From NCBI GenBank assembly GCA_051362555.1, contig CM120640.1, forward strand, positions 38,230,288 through 38,294,287: a stretch of 64,000 nucleotides of DNA. The letters run 5' to 3'. Position 1 is the first letter of the stretch. Each line of letters starts with the position of its first letter. The notes beneath the pieces were generated by a model. The model saw only the letters and a program-made list of their open reading frames with translations. It was not told the DNA's origin and did not search any database. The translations under genes and the position numbers were made by a program. This DNA is from Lingula anatina (Eukaryota; Animalia; Brachiopoda). Positions 34,801 through 49,800 of this stretch are shown here, one piece after another.

Positions 34801-37800
34801 CCCTCTCAGATTCTGTTCTCAGAGCTCATTTTTGGATCATCTTTAAAGCTAGAATTGGGGGCCTTGATGAAGTGACCCGGGCGCGTTTCCACATTTTTTA
34901 TGAATGACAGGTGTGGTAGATTGATTTTCGTCACTTTTTGGAAAAATCTGAGACGGGTCGATTTTTGGTGATTTTGAGTGATTTTGATCAGTGCCGGCAC
35001 TGTGAGATTTCTTCAATTTTGGCCAGGTAGGGATGAAAAATTTTTTCTTCGTTATAGTGTCAGGTAGGTGTGTTCGGTCATTTGTAGTAAGAATAAAGTG
35101 CTGGAAGAGTGGTGGTGTCATCATTAAGGAAGAAATAGAGCAAAAACTGTGTCTCCCCCCCCCCCCCCCCCCCTTTCAGATTCTGTTCTCAGAGCTCATT
35201 TTTGGATCATCTTTAAAGCTAGAATTGGGGGCCTTGATGAAGTGACCCGGGCGCGTTTCCACATTTTTTATGAATGACAGGTGTGGTAGATTGATTTTCG
35301 TCACTTTTTGGAAAAATCTGAGACGGGTCGATTTTTGGTGATTTTGAGTGATTTTGATCAGTGCCGGCACTGTGAGATTTCTTCAATTTTGGCCAGGTAG
35401 GGATGAAAAATTTTTTTCTTCGTTATAGTGTCAGGTAGGTGTGTTCGGTCATTTGTAGTAAGAATAAAGTGCTGGAAGAGTGGTGGTGTCATCATTAAGG
35501 AAGAAATAGAGCAAAAACTGTGTCTCCACCCCCCCTCTCAGATTCTGTTCTCAGAGCTCATTTTTGGATCATCTTTAAAGCTAGAATTGGGGGCCTTGAT
35601 GAAGTGACCCGGGCGCGTTTCCACATTTTTTATGAATGACAGGTGTGGTAGATTGATTTTCGTCACTTTTTGGAAAAATCTGAGACGGGTCGATTTTTGG
35701 TGATTTTGAGTGATTTTGATCAGTGCCGGCACTGTGAGATTTCTTCAATTTTGGCCAGGTAGGGATGAAAAATTTTTTTCTTCGTTATAGTGTCAGGTAG
35801 GTGTGTTCGGTCATTTGTAGTAAGAATAAAGTGCTGGAAGAGTGGTGGTGTCATCATTAAGGAAGAAATAGAGCAAAAACTGTGTCTCCCCCCCCCCCCC
35901 TCTCAGATTCTGTTCTCAGAGCTCATTTTTGGATCATCTTTAAAGCTAGAATTGGGGGCCTTGATGAAGTGACCCGGGCGCGTTTCCACATTTTTTATGA
36001 ATGACAGGTGTGGTAGATTGATTTTCGTCACTTTTTGGAAAAATCTGAGACGGGTCGATTTTTGGTCATTTTGAGTGATTTTGATCAGTGCCGGCACTGT
36101 GAGATTTCTTCAATTTTGGCCAGGTAGGGATGAAAAATTTTTTTCTTCGTTATAGTGTCAGGTAGGTGTGTTCGGTCATTTGTAGTAAGAATAAAGTGCT
36201 GGAAGAGTGGTGGTGTCATCATTAAGGAAGAAATAGAGCAAAAACTGTGTCTCCCCCCCCCCCCCTCTCAGATTCTGTTCTCAGAGCTCATTTTTGGATC
36301 ATCTTTAAAGCTAGAATTGGGGGCCTTGATGAAGTGACCCGGGCGCGTTTCCACATTTTTTATGAATGACAGGTGTGGTAGATTGATTTTCGTCACTTTT
36401 TGGAAAAATCTGAGACGGGTCGATTTTTGGTGATTTTGAGTGATTTTGATCAGTGCCGGCACTGTGAGATTTCTTCAATTTTGGCCAGGTAGGGATGAAA
36501 AATTTTTTTCTTCGTTATAGTGTCAGGTAGGTGTGTTCGGTCATTTGTAGTAAGAATAAAGTGCTGGAAGAGTGGTGGTGTCATCATTAAGGAAGAAATA
36601 GAGCAAAAACTGTGTCTCCCCCCCCCCCCTCTCAGATTCTGTTCTCAGAGCTCATTTTTGGATCATCTTTAAAGCTAGAATTGGGGGCCTTGATGAAGTG
36701 ACCCGGGCGCGTTTCCACATTTTTTATGAATGACAGGTGTGGTAGATTGATTTTCGTCACTTTTTGGAAAAATCTGAGACGGGTCGATTTTTGGTGATTT
36801 TGAGTGATTTTGATCAGTGCCGGCACTGTGAGATTTCTTCAATTTTGGCCAGGTAGGGATGAAAAATTTTTTTCTTCGTTATAGTGTCAGGTAGGTGTGT
36901 TCGGTCATTTGTAGTAAGAATAAAGTGCTGGAAGAGTGGTGGTGTCATCATTAAGGAAGAAATAGAGCAAAAACTGTGTCTCCCCCCCCCCCCCCCTCTC
37001 AGATTCTGTTCTCAGAGCTCATTTTTGGATCATCTTTAAAGCTAGAATTGGGGGCCTTGATGAAGTGACCCGGGCGCGTTTCCACATTTTTTATGAATGA
37101 CAGGTGTGGTAGATTGATTTTCGTCACTTTTTGGAAAAATCTGAGACGGGTCGATTTTTGGTGATTTTGAGTGATTTTGATCAGTGCCGGCACTGTGAGA
37201 TTTCTTCAATTTTGGCCAGGTAGGGATGAAAAATTTTTTTCTTCGTTATAGTGTCAGGTAGGTGTGTTCGGTCATTTGTAGTAAGAATAAAGTGCTGGAA
37301 GAGTGGTGGTGTCATCATTAAGGAAGAAATAGAGCAAAAACTGTGTCTCCCCCCCCCCCCCCTCTCAGATTCTGTTCTCAGAGCTCATTTTTGGATCATC
37401 TTTAAAGCTAGAATTGGGGGCCTTGATGAAGTGACCCGGGCGCGTTTCCACATTTTTTATGAATGACAGGTGTGGTAGATTGATTTTCGTCACTTTTTGG
37501 AAAAATCTGAGACGGGTCGATTTTTGGTGATTTTGAGTGATTTTGATCAGTGCCGGCACTGTGAGATTTCTTCAATTTTGGCCAGGTAGGGATGAAAAAT
37601 TTTTTTCTTCGTTATAGTGTCAGGTAGGTGTGTTCGGTCATTTGTAGTAAGAATAAAGTGCTGGAAGAGTGGTGGTGTCATCATTAAGGAAGAAATAGAG
37701 CAAAAACTGTGTCTCCCCCCCCCCCCTCTCAGATTCTGTTCTCAGAGCTCATTTTTGGATCATCTTTAAAGCTAGAATTGGGGGCCTTGATGAAGTGACC

Positions 37801-40800
37801 CGGGCGCGTTTCCACATTTTTTATGAATGACAGGTGTGGTAGATTGATTTTCGTCACTTTTTGGAAAAATCTGAGACGGGTCGATTTTTGGTGATTTTGA
37901 GTGATTTTGATCAGTGCCGGCACTGTGAGATTTCTTCAATTTTGGCCAGGTAGGGATGAAAAATTTTTTTCTTCGTTATAGTGTCAGGTAGGTGTGTTCG
38001 GTCATTTGTAGTAAGAATAAAGTGCTGGAAGAGTGGTGGTGTCATCATTAAGGAAGAAATAGAGCAAAAACTGTGTCTCCCCCCCCCCCCCCTCTCAGAT
38101 TCTGTTCTCAGAGCTCATTTTTGATCATCTTTAAAGCTAGAATTGGGGGCCTTGATGAAGTGACCCGGGTGCGTTTCCACATCTTTTATGAATGACAGGT
38201 GTGGTAGATTGATTTTCGTCACTTTTTGGAAAAATCTGAGACGGGTCGATTTTTGGTGATTTTGAGTGATTTTGATCAGTGCCAGCACTGTGAGATTTCT
38301 TCAATTTTGGCCAGGTAGGGATGAAAAATTTTTTCTTCGTTATAGTGTCAGGTAGGTGTGTTCGGTCATTTGTAGTAAGAATAAAGTGCTGGAAGAGTGG
38401 TGGTGTCATCATTAAGGAAGAAATAGAGCAAAAACTGTGTCTCCCCCCCCCCCCCCCCCCCCCCCTCTCAGATTCTGTTCTCAGAGCTCATTTTTGGATC
38501 ATCTTTAAAGCTAGAATTGGGGGCCTTGATGAAGTGACCCCGGGCGCGTTTCCACATTTTTTATGAATGACAGGTGTGGTAGATTGATTTTCGTCACTTT
38601 TTGGAAAAATCTGAGACGGGTCGATTTTTGGTGATTTTGAGTGATTTTGATCAGTGCCGGCACTGTGAGATTTCTTCAATTTTGGCCAGGTAGGGATGAA
38701 AAATTTTTTTCTTCGTTATAGTGTCAGGTAGGTGTGTTCGGTCATTTGTAGTAAGAATAAAGTGCTGGAAGAGTGGTGGTGTCATGATTAAGGAAGAAAT
38801 AGAGCAAAAACTGTGTCTCCCCCCCCCCCCCCCTCTCAGATTCTGTTCTCAGAGCTCATTTTTGGATCATCTTTAAAGCTAGAATTGGGGGCCTTGATGA
38901 AGTGACCCGGGCGCGTTTCCACATTTTTTATGAATGACAGGTGTGGTAGATTGATTTTCGTCACTTTTTGGAAAAATCTGAGACGGGTCGATTTTTGGTG
39001 ATTTTGAGTGATTTTGATCAGTGCCGGCACTGTGAGATTTCTTCAATTTTGGCCAGGTAGGGATGAAAAATTTTTTTCTTCGTTATAGTGTCAGGTAGGT
39101 GTGTTCGGTCATTTGTAGTAAGAATAAAGTGCTGGAAGAGTGGTGGTGTCATCATTAAGGAAGAAATAGAGCAAAAACTGTGTCTCCCCCCCCCCCTCTC
39201 AGATTCTGTTCTCAGAGCTCATTTTTGGATCATCATTAAAGCTAGAATTGGGGGCCTTGATGAAGTGACCCGGGCGCGTTTCCACATTTTTTATGAATGA
39301 CAGGTGTGGTAGATTGATTTTCGTCACTTTTTGGAAAAATCTGAGACGGGTCGATTTTTGGTGATTTTGAGTGATTTTGATCAGTGCCGGCACTGTGAGA
39401 TTTCTTCAATTTTGGCCAGGTAGGGATGAAAAATTTTTTTCTTCGTTATAGTGTCAGGTAGGTGTGTTCGGTCATTTGTAGTAAGAATAAAGTGCTGGAA
39501 GAGTGGTGGTGTCATCATTAAGGAAGAAATAGAGCAAAAACTGTGTCTCCCCCCCCTCTCAGATTCTGTTCTCAGAGCTCATTTTTGGATCATCTTTAAA
39601 GCTAGAATTGGGGGCCTTGATGAAGTGACCCGGGCGCGTTTCCACATTTTTTATGAATGACAGGTGTGGTAGATTGATTTTCGTCACTTTTTGGAAAAAT
39701 CTGAGACGGGTCGATTTTTGGTGATTTTGAGTGATTTTGATCAGTGCCGGCACTGTGAGATTTCTTCAATTTTGGCCAGGTAGGGATGAAAAATTTTTTT
39801 CTTCGTTATAGTGTCAGGTAGGTGTGTTCGGTCATTTGTAGTAAGAATAAAGTGCTGGAAGAGTGGTGGTGTCATCATTAAGGAAGAAATAGAGCAAAAA
39901 CTGTGTCTCCCCCCCCCCCCTCTCAGATTCTGTTCTCAGAGCTCATTTTTGGATCATCTTTAAAGCTAGAATTGGGGGCCTTGATGAAGTGACCCGGGCG
40001 CGTTTCCACATTTTTTATGAATGACAGGTGTGGTAGATTGATTTTCGTCACTTTTTGGAAAAATCTGAGACGGGTCGATTTTTGGTGATTTTGAGTGATT
40101 TTGATCAGTGCCGGCACTGTGAGATTTCTTCAATTTTGGCCAGGTAGGGATGAAAAATTTTTTTCTTCGTTATAGTGTCAGGTAGGTGTGTTCGGTCATT
40201 TGTAGTAAGAATAAAGTGCTGGAAGAGTGGTGGTGTCATCATTAAGGAAGAAATAGAGCAAAAACTGTGTCTCCCCCCCCCCCCTCTCAGATTCTGTTCT
40301 CAGAGCTCATTTTTGGATCATCTTTAAAGCTAGAATTGGGGGCCTTGATGAAGTGACCCGGGTGCGTTTCCACATCTTTTATGAATGACAGGTGTGGTAG
40401 ATTGATTTTCGTCACTTTTTGGAAAAATCTGAGACGGGTCGATTTTTGGTGATTTTGAGTGATTTTGATCAGTGCCAGCACTGTGAGATTTCTTCAATTT
40501 TGGCCAGGTAGGGATGAAAAATTTTTTTCTTCGTTATAGTGTCAGGTAGGTGTGTTCGGTCATTTGTAGTAAGAATAAAGTGCTGGAAGAGTGGTGGTGT
40601 CATCATTAAGGAAGAAATAGAGCAAAAACTGTGTCTCCCCCCCCCCCCCCCCCCCTCTCAGATTCTGTTCTCAGAGCTCATTTTTGGATCATCTTTAAAG
40701 CTAGAATTGGGGGCCTTGATGAAGTGACCCGGGCGCGTTTCCACATTTTTTATGAATGACAGGTGTGGTAGATTGATTTTCGTCACTTTTTGGAAAAATC

Positions 40801-43800
40801 TGAGACGGGTCGATTTTTGGTGATTTTGAGTGATTTTGATCAGTGCCGGCACTGTGAGATTTCTTCAATTTTGGCCAGGTAGGGATGAAAAATTTTTTTC
40901 TTCGTTATAGTGTCAGGTAGGTGTGTTCGGTCATTTGTAGTAAGAATAAAGTGCTGGAAGAGTGGTGGTGTCATCATTAAGGAAGAAATAGAGCAAAAAC
41001 TGTGTCTCCCCCCCCCCCCCCCCCTCTCAGATTCTGTTCTCAGAGCTCATTTTTGGATCATCTTTAAAGCTAGAATTGGGGGCCTTGATGAAGTGACCCG
41101 GGCGCGTTTCCACATTTTTTATGAATGACAGGTGTGGTAGATTGATTTTCGTCACTTTTTGGAAAAATCTGAGACGGGTCGATTTTTGGTGATTTTGAGT
41201 GATTTTGATCAGTGCCGGCACTGTGAGATTTCTTCAATTTTGGCCAGGTAGGGATGAAAAATTTTTTTCTTCGTTATAGTGTCAGGTAGGTGTGTTCGGT
41301 CATTTGTAGTAAGAATAAAGTGCTGGAAGAGTGGTGGTGTCATCATTAAGGAAGAAATAGAGCAAAAACTGTGTCTCCCCCCCCCCCCCTCTCAGATTCT
41401 GTTCTCAGAGCTCATTTTTGGATCATCATTAAAGCTAGAATTGGGGGCCTTGATGAAGTGACCCGGGCGCGTTTCCACATTTTTTATGAATGACAGGTGT
41501 GGTAGATTGATTTTCGTCACTTTTTGGAAAAATCTGAGACGGGTCGATTTTTGGTGATTTTGAGTGATTTTGATCAGTGCCGGCACTGTGAGATTTCTTC
41601 AATTTTGGCCAGGTAGGGATGAAAAATTTTTTTCTTCGTTATAGTGTCAGGTAGGTGTGTTCGGTCATTTGTAGTAAGAATAAAGTGCTGGAAGAGTGGT
41701 GGTGTCATCATTAAGGAAGAAATAGAGCAAAAACTGTGTCTCCCCCCCCCCCCCCTCTCAGATTCTGTTCTCAGAGCTCATTTTTGGATCATCATTAAAG
41801 CTAGAATTGGGGGCCTTGATGAAGTGACCCGGGCGCGTTTCCACATTTTTTATGAATGACAGGTGTGGTAGATTGATTTTCGTCACTTTTTGGAAAAATC
41901 TGAGACGGGTCGATTTTTGGTGATTTTGAGTGATTTTGATCAGTGCCGGCACTGTGAGATTTCTTCAATTTTGGCCAGGTAGGGATGAAAAATTTTTTTC
42001 TTCGTTATAGTGTCAGGTAGGTGTGTTCGGTCATTTGTAGTAAGAATAAAGTGCTGGAAGAGTGGTGGTGTCATCATTAAGGAAGAAATAGAGCAAAAAC
42101 TGTGTCTCCCCCCCCCTCTCAGATTCTGTTCTCAGAGCTCATTTTTGGATCATCTTTAAAGCTAGAATTGGGGGCCTTGATGAAGTGACCCGGGCGCGTT
42201 TCCACATTTTTTATGAATGACAGGTGTGGTAGATTGATTTTCGTCACTTTTTGGAAAAATCTGAGACGGGTCGATTTTTGGTGATTTTGAGTGATTTTGA
42301 TCAGTGCCGGCACTGTGAGATTTCTTCAATTTTGGCCAGGTAGGGATGAAAAATTTTTTTCTTCGTTATAGTGTCAGGTAGGTGTGTTCGGTCATTTGTA
42401 GTAAGAATAAAGTGCTGGAAGAGTGGTGGTGTCATCATTAAGGAAGAAATAGAGCAAAAACTGTGTCTCCCCCCCCCCCCCCTCTCAGATTCTGTTCTCA
42501 GAGCTCATTTTTGGATCATCTTTAAAGCTAGAATTGGGGGCCTTGATGAAGTGACCCGGGCGCGTTTCCACATTTTTTATGAATGACAGGTGTGGTAGAT
42601 TGATTTTCGTCACTTTTTGGAAAAATCTGAGACGGGTCGATTTTTGGTGATTTTGAGTGATTTTGATCAGTGCCGGCACTGTGAGATTTCTTCAATTTTG
42701 GCCAGGTAGGGATGAAAAATTTTTTTCTTCGTTTTAGTGTCAGGTAGGTGTGTTCGGTCATTTGTAGTAAGAATAAAGTGCTGGAAGAGTGGTGGTGTCA
42801 TCATTAAGGAAGAAATAGAGCAAAAACTGTGTCTCCCCCCCCCCTCTCAGATTCTGTTCTCAGAGCTCATTTTTGGATCATCTTTAAAGCTAGAATTGGG
42901 GGCCTTGATGAAGTGACCCGGGCGCGTTTCCACATTTTTTATGAATGACAGGTGTGGTAGATTGATTTTCGTCACTTTTTGGAAAAATCTGAGACGGGTC
43001 GATTTTTGGTGATTTTGAGTGATTTTGATCAGTGCCGGCACTGTGAGATTTCTTCAATTTTGGCCAGGTAGGGATGAAAAATTTTTTTCTTCGTTATAGT
43101 GTCAGGTAGGTGTGTTCGGTCATTTGTAGTAAGAATAAAGTGCTGGAAGAGTGGTGGTGTCATCATTAATTAAGAAATAGAGCAAAAACTGTGTCTCCCC
43201 CCCCCCTCTCAGATTCTGTTCTCAGAGCTCATTGTTGGATCATCTTTAAAGCTAGAATTGGGGGCCTTGATGAAGTGACCCGGGCGCGTTTCCACATTTT
43301 TTATGAATGACAGGTGTGGTAGATTGATTTTCGTCACTTTTTGGAAAAATCTGAGACGGGTCGATTTTTGGTGATTTTGAGTGATTTTGATCAGTGCCGG
43401 CACTGTGAGATTTCTTCAATTTTGGCCAGGTTGGGATGAAAAATTTTTTTCTTCGTTATAGTGTCAGGTAGGTGTGTTCGGTCATTTGTAGTAAGAATAA
43501 AGTGCTGGAAGAGTGGTGGTGTCATCATTAAGGAAGAAATAGAGCAAAAACTGTGTCTTCCCCCCCCCCCCCTCTCAGATTCTCTTCTTAGAGCTCATTT
43601 TTGGATCATCTTTAAAGCTAGAATTGGGGGCCTTGATGAAGTGACCCGGGCGCGTTTCCACATTTTTTATGAATGACAGGTGTGGTAGATTGATTTTCGT
43701 CACTTTTTGGAAAAATCTGAGACGGGTCGATTTTTGGTGATTTTGAGTGATTTTGATCAGTGCCGGCACTGTGAGATTTCTTCAATTTTGGCCAGGTAGG

Positions 43801-46800
43801 GATGAAAAATTTTTTTCTTCGTTATAGTGTCAGGTAGGTGTGTTCGGTCATTTGTAGTAAGAATAAAGTGCTGGAAGAGTGGTGGTGTCATCATTAAGGA
43901 AGAAATAGAGCAAAAACTGTGTCTCCCCCCCCCCCCCTCTCAGATTCTGTTCTCAGAGCTCATTTTTGGATCATCTTTAAAGCTAGAATTGGGGGCCTTG
44001 ATGAAGTGACCCGGGCGCGTTTCCACATTTTTTATGAATGACAGGTGTGGTAGATTGATTTTCGTCACTTTTTGGAAAAATCTGAGACGGGTCAATTTTT
44101 GGTGATTTTGAGTGATTTTGATCAGTGCCGGCACTGTGAGATTTCTTCAATTTTGGCCAGGTAGGGATGAAAAATTTTTTTCTTCGTTATAGTGTCAGGT
44201 AGGTGTGTTCGGTCATTTGTAGTAAGAATAAAGTGCTGGAAGAGTGGTGGTGTCATCATTAAGGAAGAAATAGAGCAAAAACTGTGTCTCCCCCCCCCCC
44301 TCTCAGATTCTGTTCTCAGAGCTCATTTTTGGATCATCTTTAAAGCTAGAATTGGGAGCCTTGATGAAGTGACCCGGGCGCGTTTCCACATTTTTTATGA
44401 ATGACAGGTGTGGTAGATTGATTTTCGTCACTTTTTGGAAAAATCTGAGACGGGTCGATTTTTGGTGATTTTGAGTAATTTTGATCAGTGCCGGCACTGT
44501 GAGATTTCTTCAATTTTGGCCAGGTATGGATGAAAAATTTTTTTCTTCGTTATAGTGTCAGGTAGGTGTGTTCGGTCATTTGTAGTAAGAATAAAGTGCT
44601 GGAAGAGTGGTGGTGTCATCATTAATTAAGAAATAGAGCAAAAACTGTGTCTCCCCCCCCCCCCTCTCAGATTCTGTTCTCAGAGCTCATTGTTGGATCA
44701 TCTTTAAAGCTAGAATTGGGGGCCTTGATGAAGTGACCCGGGCGCGTTTCCACATTTTTTATGAATGACAGGTGTGGTAGATTGATTTTCGTCACTTTTT
44801 GGAAAAATCTGAGACGGGTCGATTTTTGGTGATTTTGAGTGATTTTGATCAGTGCCGGCACTGTGAGATTTCTTCAATTTTGGCCAGGTAGGGATGAAAA
44901 ATTTTTTTCTTCGTTATAGTGTCAGGTAGGTGTGTTCGGTCATTTGTAGTAAGAATAAAGTGCTGGAAGAGTGGTGGTGTCATCATTAAGGAAGAAATAG
45001 AGCAAAAACTGTGTCTCCCCCCCCCCCCCTCTCAGATTCTGTTCTCAGAGCTCATTTTTGGATCATCTTTAAAGCTAGAATTGGGGGCCTTGATGAAGTG
45101 ACCCGGGCGCGTTTCCACATTTTTTATGAATGACAGGTGTGGTAGATTGATTTTCGTCACTTTTTGGAAAAATCTGAGACGGGTCGATTTTTGGTGATTT
45201 TGAGTGATTTTGATCAGTGCCGGCACTGTGAGATTTCTTCAATTTTGGCCAGGTAGGGATGAAAAATTTTTTTCTTCGTTATAGTGTCAGGTAGGTGTGT
45301 TCGGTCATTTGTAGTAAGAATAAAGTGCTGGAAGAGTGGTGGTGTCATCATTAAGGAAGAAATAGAGCAAAAACTGTGTCTCCCCCCCCCCCCTCTCAGA
45401 TTCTGTTCTCAGAGCTCATTTTTGGATCATCTTTAAAGCTAGAATTGGGGGCCTTGATGAAGTGACCCGGGCGCGTTTCCACATTTTTTATGAATGACAG
45501 GTGTGGTAGATTGATTTTCGTCACTTTTTGGAAAAATCTGAGACGGGTCGATTTTTGGTGATTTTGAGTGATTTTGATCAGTGCCGGCACTGTGAGATTT
45601 CTTCAATTTTGGCCAGGTAGGGATGAAAAATTTTTTTCTTCGTTATAGTGTCAGGTAGGTGTGTTCGGTCATTTGTAGTAAGAATAAAGTGCTGGAAGAG
45701 TGGTGGTGTCATCATTAAGGAAGAAATAGAGCAAAAACTGTGTCTCCCCCCCCCCCTCTCAGATTCTGTTCTCAGAGCTCATTTTTGGATCATCTTTAAA
45801 GCTAGAATTGGGGGCCTTGATGAAGTGACCCGGGCGCGTTTCCACATTTTTTATGAATGACAGGTGTGGTAGATTGATTTTCGTCACTTTTTGGAAAAAT
45901 CTGAGACGGGTCGATTTTTGGTGATTTTGAGTGATTTTGATCAGTGCCGGCACTGTGAGATTTCTTCAATTTTGGCCAGGTAGGGATGAAAAATTTTTTT
46001 CTTCGTTATAGTGTCAGGTAGGTGTGTTCGGTCATTTGTAGTAAGAATAAAGTGCTGGAAGAGTGGTGGTGTCATCATTAAGAAAGAAATAGAGCAAAAA
46101 CTGTGTCTCCCCCCCCCCCCTCTCAGATTCTGTTCTCAGAGCTCATTTTTGGATCATCTTTAAAGCTAGAATTGGGGGCCTTGATGAAGTGACCCGGGCG
46201 CGTTTCCACATTTTTTATGAATGACAGGTGTGGTAGATTGATTTTCGTCACTTTTTGGAAAAATCTGAGACGGGTCGATTTTTGGTGATTTTGAGTGATT
46301 TTGATCAGTGCCGGCACTGTGAGATTTCTTCAATTTTGGCCAGGTAGGGATGAAAAATTTTTTTCTTCGTTATAGTGTCAGGTAGGTGTGTTCGGTCATT
46401 TGTAGTAAGAATAAAGTGCTGGAAGAGTGGTGGTGTCATCATTAAGGAAGAAATAGAGCAAAAACTGTGTCTCCCCCCCCCCCCTCTCAGATTCTGTTCT
46501 CAGAGCTCATTTTTGGATCATCTTTAAAGCTAGAATTGGGGGCCTTGATGAAGTGACCCGGGCGCGTTTCCACATTTTTTATGAATGACAGGTGTGGTAG
46601 ATTGATTTTCGTCACTTTTTGGAAAAATCTGAGACGGGTCGATTTTTGGTGATTTTGAGTGATTTTGATCAGTGCCGGCACTGTGAGATTTCTTCAATTT
46701 TGGCCAGGTAGGGATGAAAAATTTTTTTCTTCGTTATAGTGTCAGGTAGGTGTGTTCGGTCATTTGTAGTAAGAATAAAGTGCTGGAAGAGTGGTGGTGT

Positions 46801-49800
46801 CATCATTAAGGAAGAAATAGAGCAAAAACTGTGTCTCCCCCCCCCCCTCTCAGATTCTGTTCTCAGAGCTCATTTTTGGATCATCTTTAAAGCTAGAATT
46901 GGGGGCCTTGATGAAGTGACCCGGGCGCGTTTCCACATTTTTTATGAATGACAGGTGTGGTAGATTGATTTTCGTCACTTTTTGGAAAAATCTGAGACGG
47001 GTCGATTTTTGGTGATTTTGAGTGATTTTGATCAGTGCCGGCACTGTGAGATTTCTTCAATTTTGGCCAAGTAGGGATGAAAAATTTTTTTCTTCGTTAT
47101 AGTGTCAGGTAGGTGTGTTCGGTCATTTGTAGTAAGAATAAAGTGCTGGAAGAGTGGTGGTGTCATCATTAAGGAAGAAATAGAGCAAAAACTGTGTCTC
47201 CCCCCCCCCCTCTCAGATTCTGTTCTCAGAGCTCATTTTTGGATCATCTTTAAAGCTAGAATTGGGGGCCTTGATGAAGTGACCCGGGCGCGTTTCCACA
47301 TTTTTTATGAATGACAGGTGTGGTAGATTGATTTTCGTCACTTTTTGGAAAAATCTGAGACGGGTCGATTTTTGGTGATTTTGAGTGATTTTGATCAGTG
47401 CCGGCACTGTGAGATTTCTTCAATTTTGGCCAAGTAGGGATGAAAAATTTTTTTCTTCGTTATAGTGTCAGGTAGGTGTGTTCGGTCATTTGTAGTAAGA
47501 ATAAAGTGCTGGAAGAGTGGTGGTGTCATCATTAATTAAGAAATAGAGCAAAAACTGTGTCTCCCCCCCCCCCCCCTCTCAGATTCTGTTCTCAGAGCTC
47601 ATTGTTGGATCATCTTTAAAGCTAGAATTGGGGGCCTTGATGAAGTGACCCGGGCGCGTTTCCACATTTTTTATGAATGACAGGTGTGGTAGATTGATTT
47701 TCGTCACTTTTTGGAAAAATCTGAGACGGGTCGATTTTTGGTGATTTTGAGTGATTTTGATCAGTGCCGGCACTGTGAGATTTCTTCAATTTTGGCCAGG
47801 TAGGGATGAAAAATTTTTTTCTTCGTTATAGTGTCAGGTAGGTGTGTTCGGTCATTTGTAGTAAGAATAAAGTGCTGGAAGAGTGGTGGTGTCATCATTA
47901 AGGAAGAAATAGAGCAAAAACTGTGTCTCCCCCCCCCCCCCTCTCAGATTCTCTTCTCAGAGCTCATTTTTGGATCATTTTTAAAGCTAGAATTGGGGGC
48001 CTTGATGAAGTGACCCGGGCGCGTTTCCACATTTTTTATGAATGACAGGTGTGGTAGATTGATTTTCGTCACTTTTTGGAAAAATCTGAGACGGGTCGAT
48101 TTTTGGTGATTTTGAGTGATTTTGATCAGTGCCGGCACTGTGAGATTTCTTCAATTTTGGCCAGGTAGGGATGAAAAATTTTTTTCTTCGTTATAGTGTC
48201 AGGTAGGTGTGTTCGGTCATTTGTAGTAAGAATAAAGTGCTGGAAGAGTGGTGGTGTCATCATTAAGGAAGAAATAGAGCAAAAACTGTGTTTTTCCCCC
48301 CCCCCCCCCCCCCCCCTCTCAGATTCTGTTCTCAGAGCTCATTTTTGGATCATCTTTAAAGCTAGAATTGGGGGCCTTGATGAAGTGACCCGGGCGCGTT
48401 TCCACATTTTTTATGAATGACAGGTGTGGTAGATTGATTTTCGTCACTTTTTGGAAAAATCTGAGACGGGTCAATTTTTGGTGATTTTGAGTGATTTTGA
48501 TCAGTGCCGGCACTGTGAGATTTCTTCAATTTTGGCCAGGTAGGGATGAAAAATTTTTTTCTTCGTTATAGTGTCAGGTAGGTGTGTTCGGTCATTTGTA
48601 GTAAGAATAAAGTGCTGGAAGAGTGGTGGTGTCATCATTAAGGAAGAAATAGAGCAAAAACTGTGTCTCCCCCCCCCCCCCTCTCAGATTCTGTTCTCAG
48701 AGCTCATTTTTGGATCATCTTTAAAGCTAGAATTGGGGGCCTTGATGAAGTGACCCGGGCGCGTTTCCACATTTTTTATGAATGACAGGTGTGGTAGATT
48801 GATTTTCGTCACTTTTTGGAAAAATCTGAGACGGGTCGATTTTTGGTCATTTTGAGTGATTTTGATCAGTGCCGGCACTGTGAGATTTCTTCAATTTTGG
48901 CCAGGTAGGGATGAAAAATTTTTTTCTTCGTTATAGTGTCAGGTAGGTGTGTTCGGTCATTTGTAGTAAGAATAAAGTGCTGGAAGAGTGGTGGTGTCAT
49001 CATTAAGGAAGAAATAGAGCAAAAACTGTGTCTCCCCCCCCCCCTCTCAGATTCTGTTCTCAGAGCTCATTTTTGGATCATCTTTAAAGCTAGAATTGGG
49101 GGCCTTGATGAAGTGACCCGGGCGCGTTTCCACATTTTTTATGAATGACAGGTGTGGTAGATTGATTTTCGTCACTTTTTGGAAAAATCTGAGACGGGTC
49201 GATTTTTGGTGATTTTGAGTGATTTTGATCAGTGCCGGCACTGTGAGATTTCTTCAATTTTGGCCAGGTAGGGATGAAAAATTTTTTTCTTCGTTATAGT
49301 GTCAGGTAGGTGTGTTCGGTCATTTGTAGTAAGAATAAAGTGCTGGAAGAGTGGTGGTGTCATCATTAAGGAAGAAATAGAGCAAAAACTGTGTCTCCCC
49401 CCCCCCCCCTCTCAGATTCTGTTCTCAGAGCTCATTTTTGGATCATCTTTAAAGCTAGAATTGGGGGCCTTGATGAAGTGACCCGGGCGGGTTTCCACAT
49501 TTTTTATGAATGACAGGTGTGGTAGATTGATTTTCGTCACTTTTTGGAAAAATCTGAGACGGGTCGATTTTTGGTGATTTTGAGTGATTTTGATCAGTGC
49601 CGGCACTGTGAGATTTCTTCAATTTTGGCCAAGTAGGGATGAAAAATTTTTTTCTTCGTTATAGTGTCAGGTAGGTGTGTTCGGTCATTTGTAGTAAGAA
49701 TAAAGTGCTGGAAGAGTGGTGGTGTCATCATTAAGGAAGAAATAGAGCAAAAACTGTGTCTCCCCCCCCCCCTCTCAGATTCTGTTCTCAGAGCTCATTT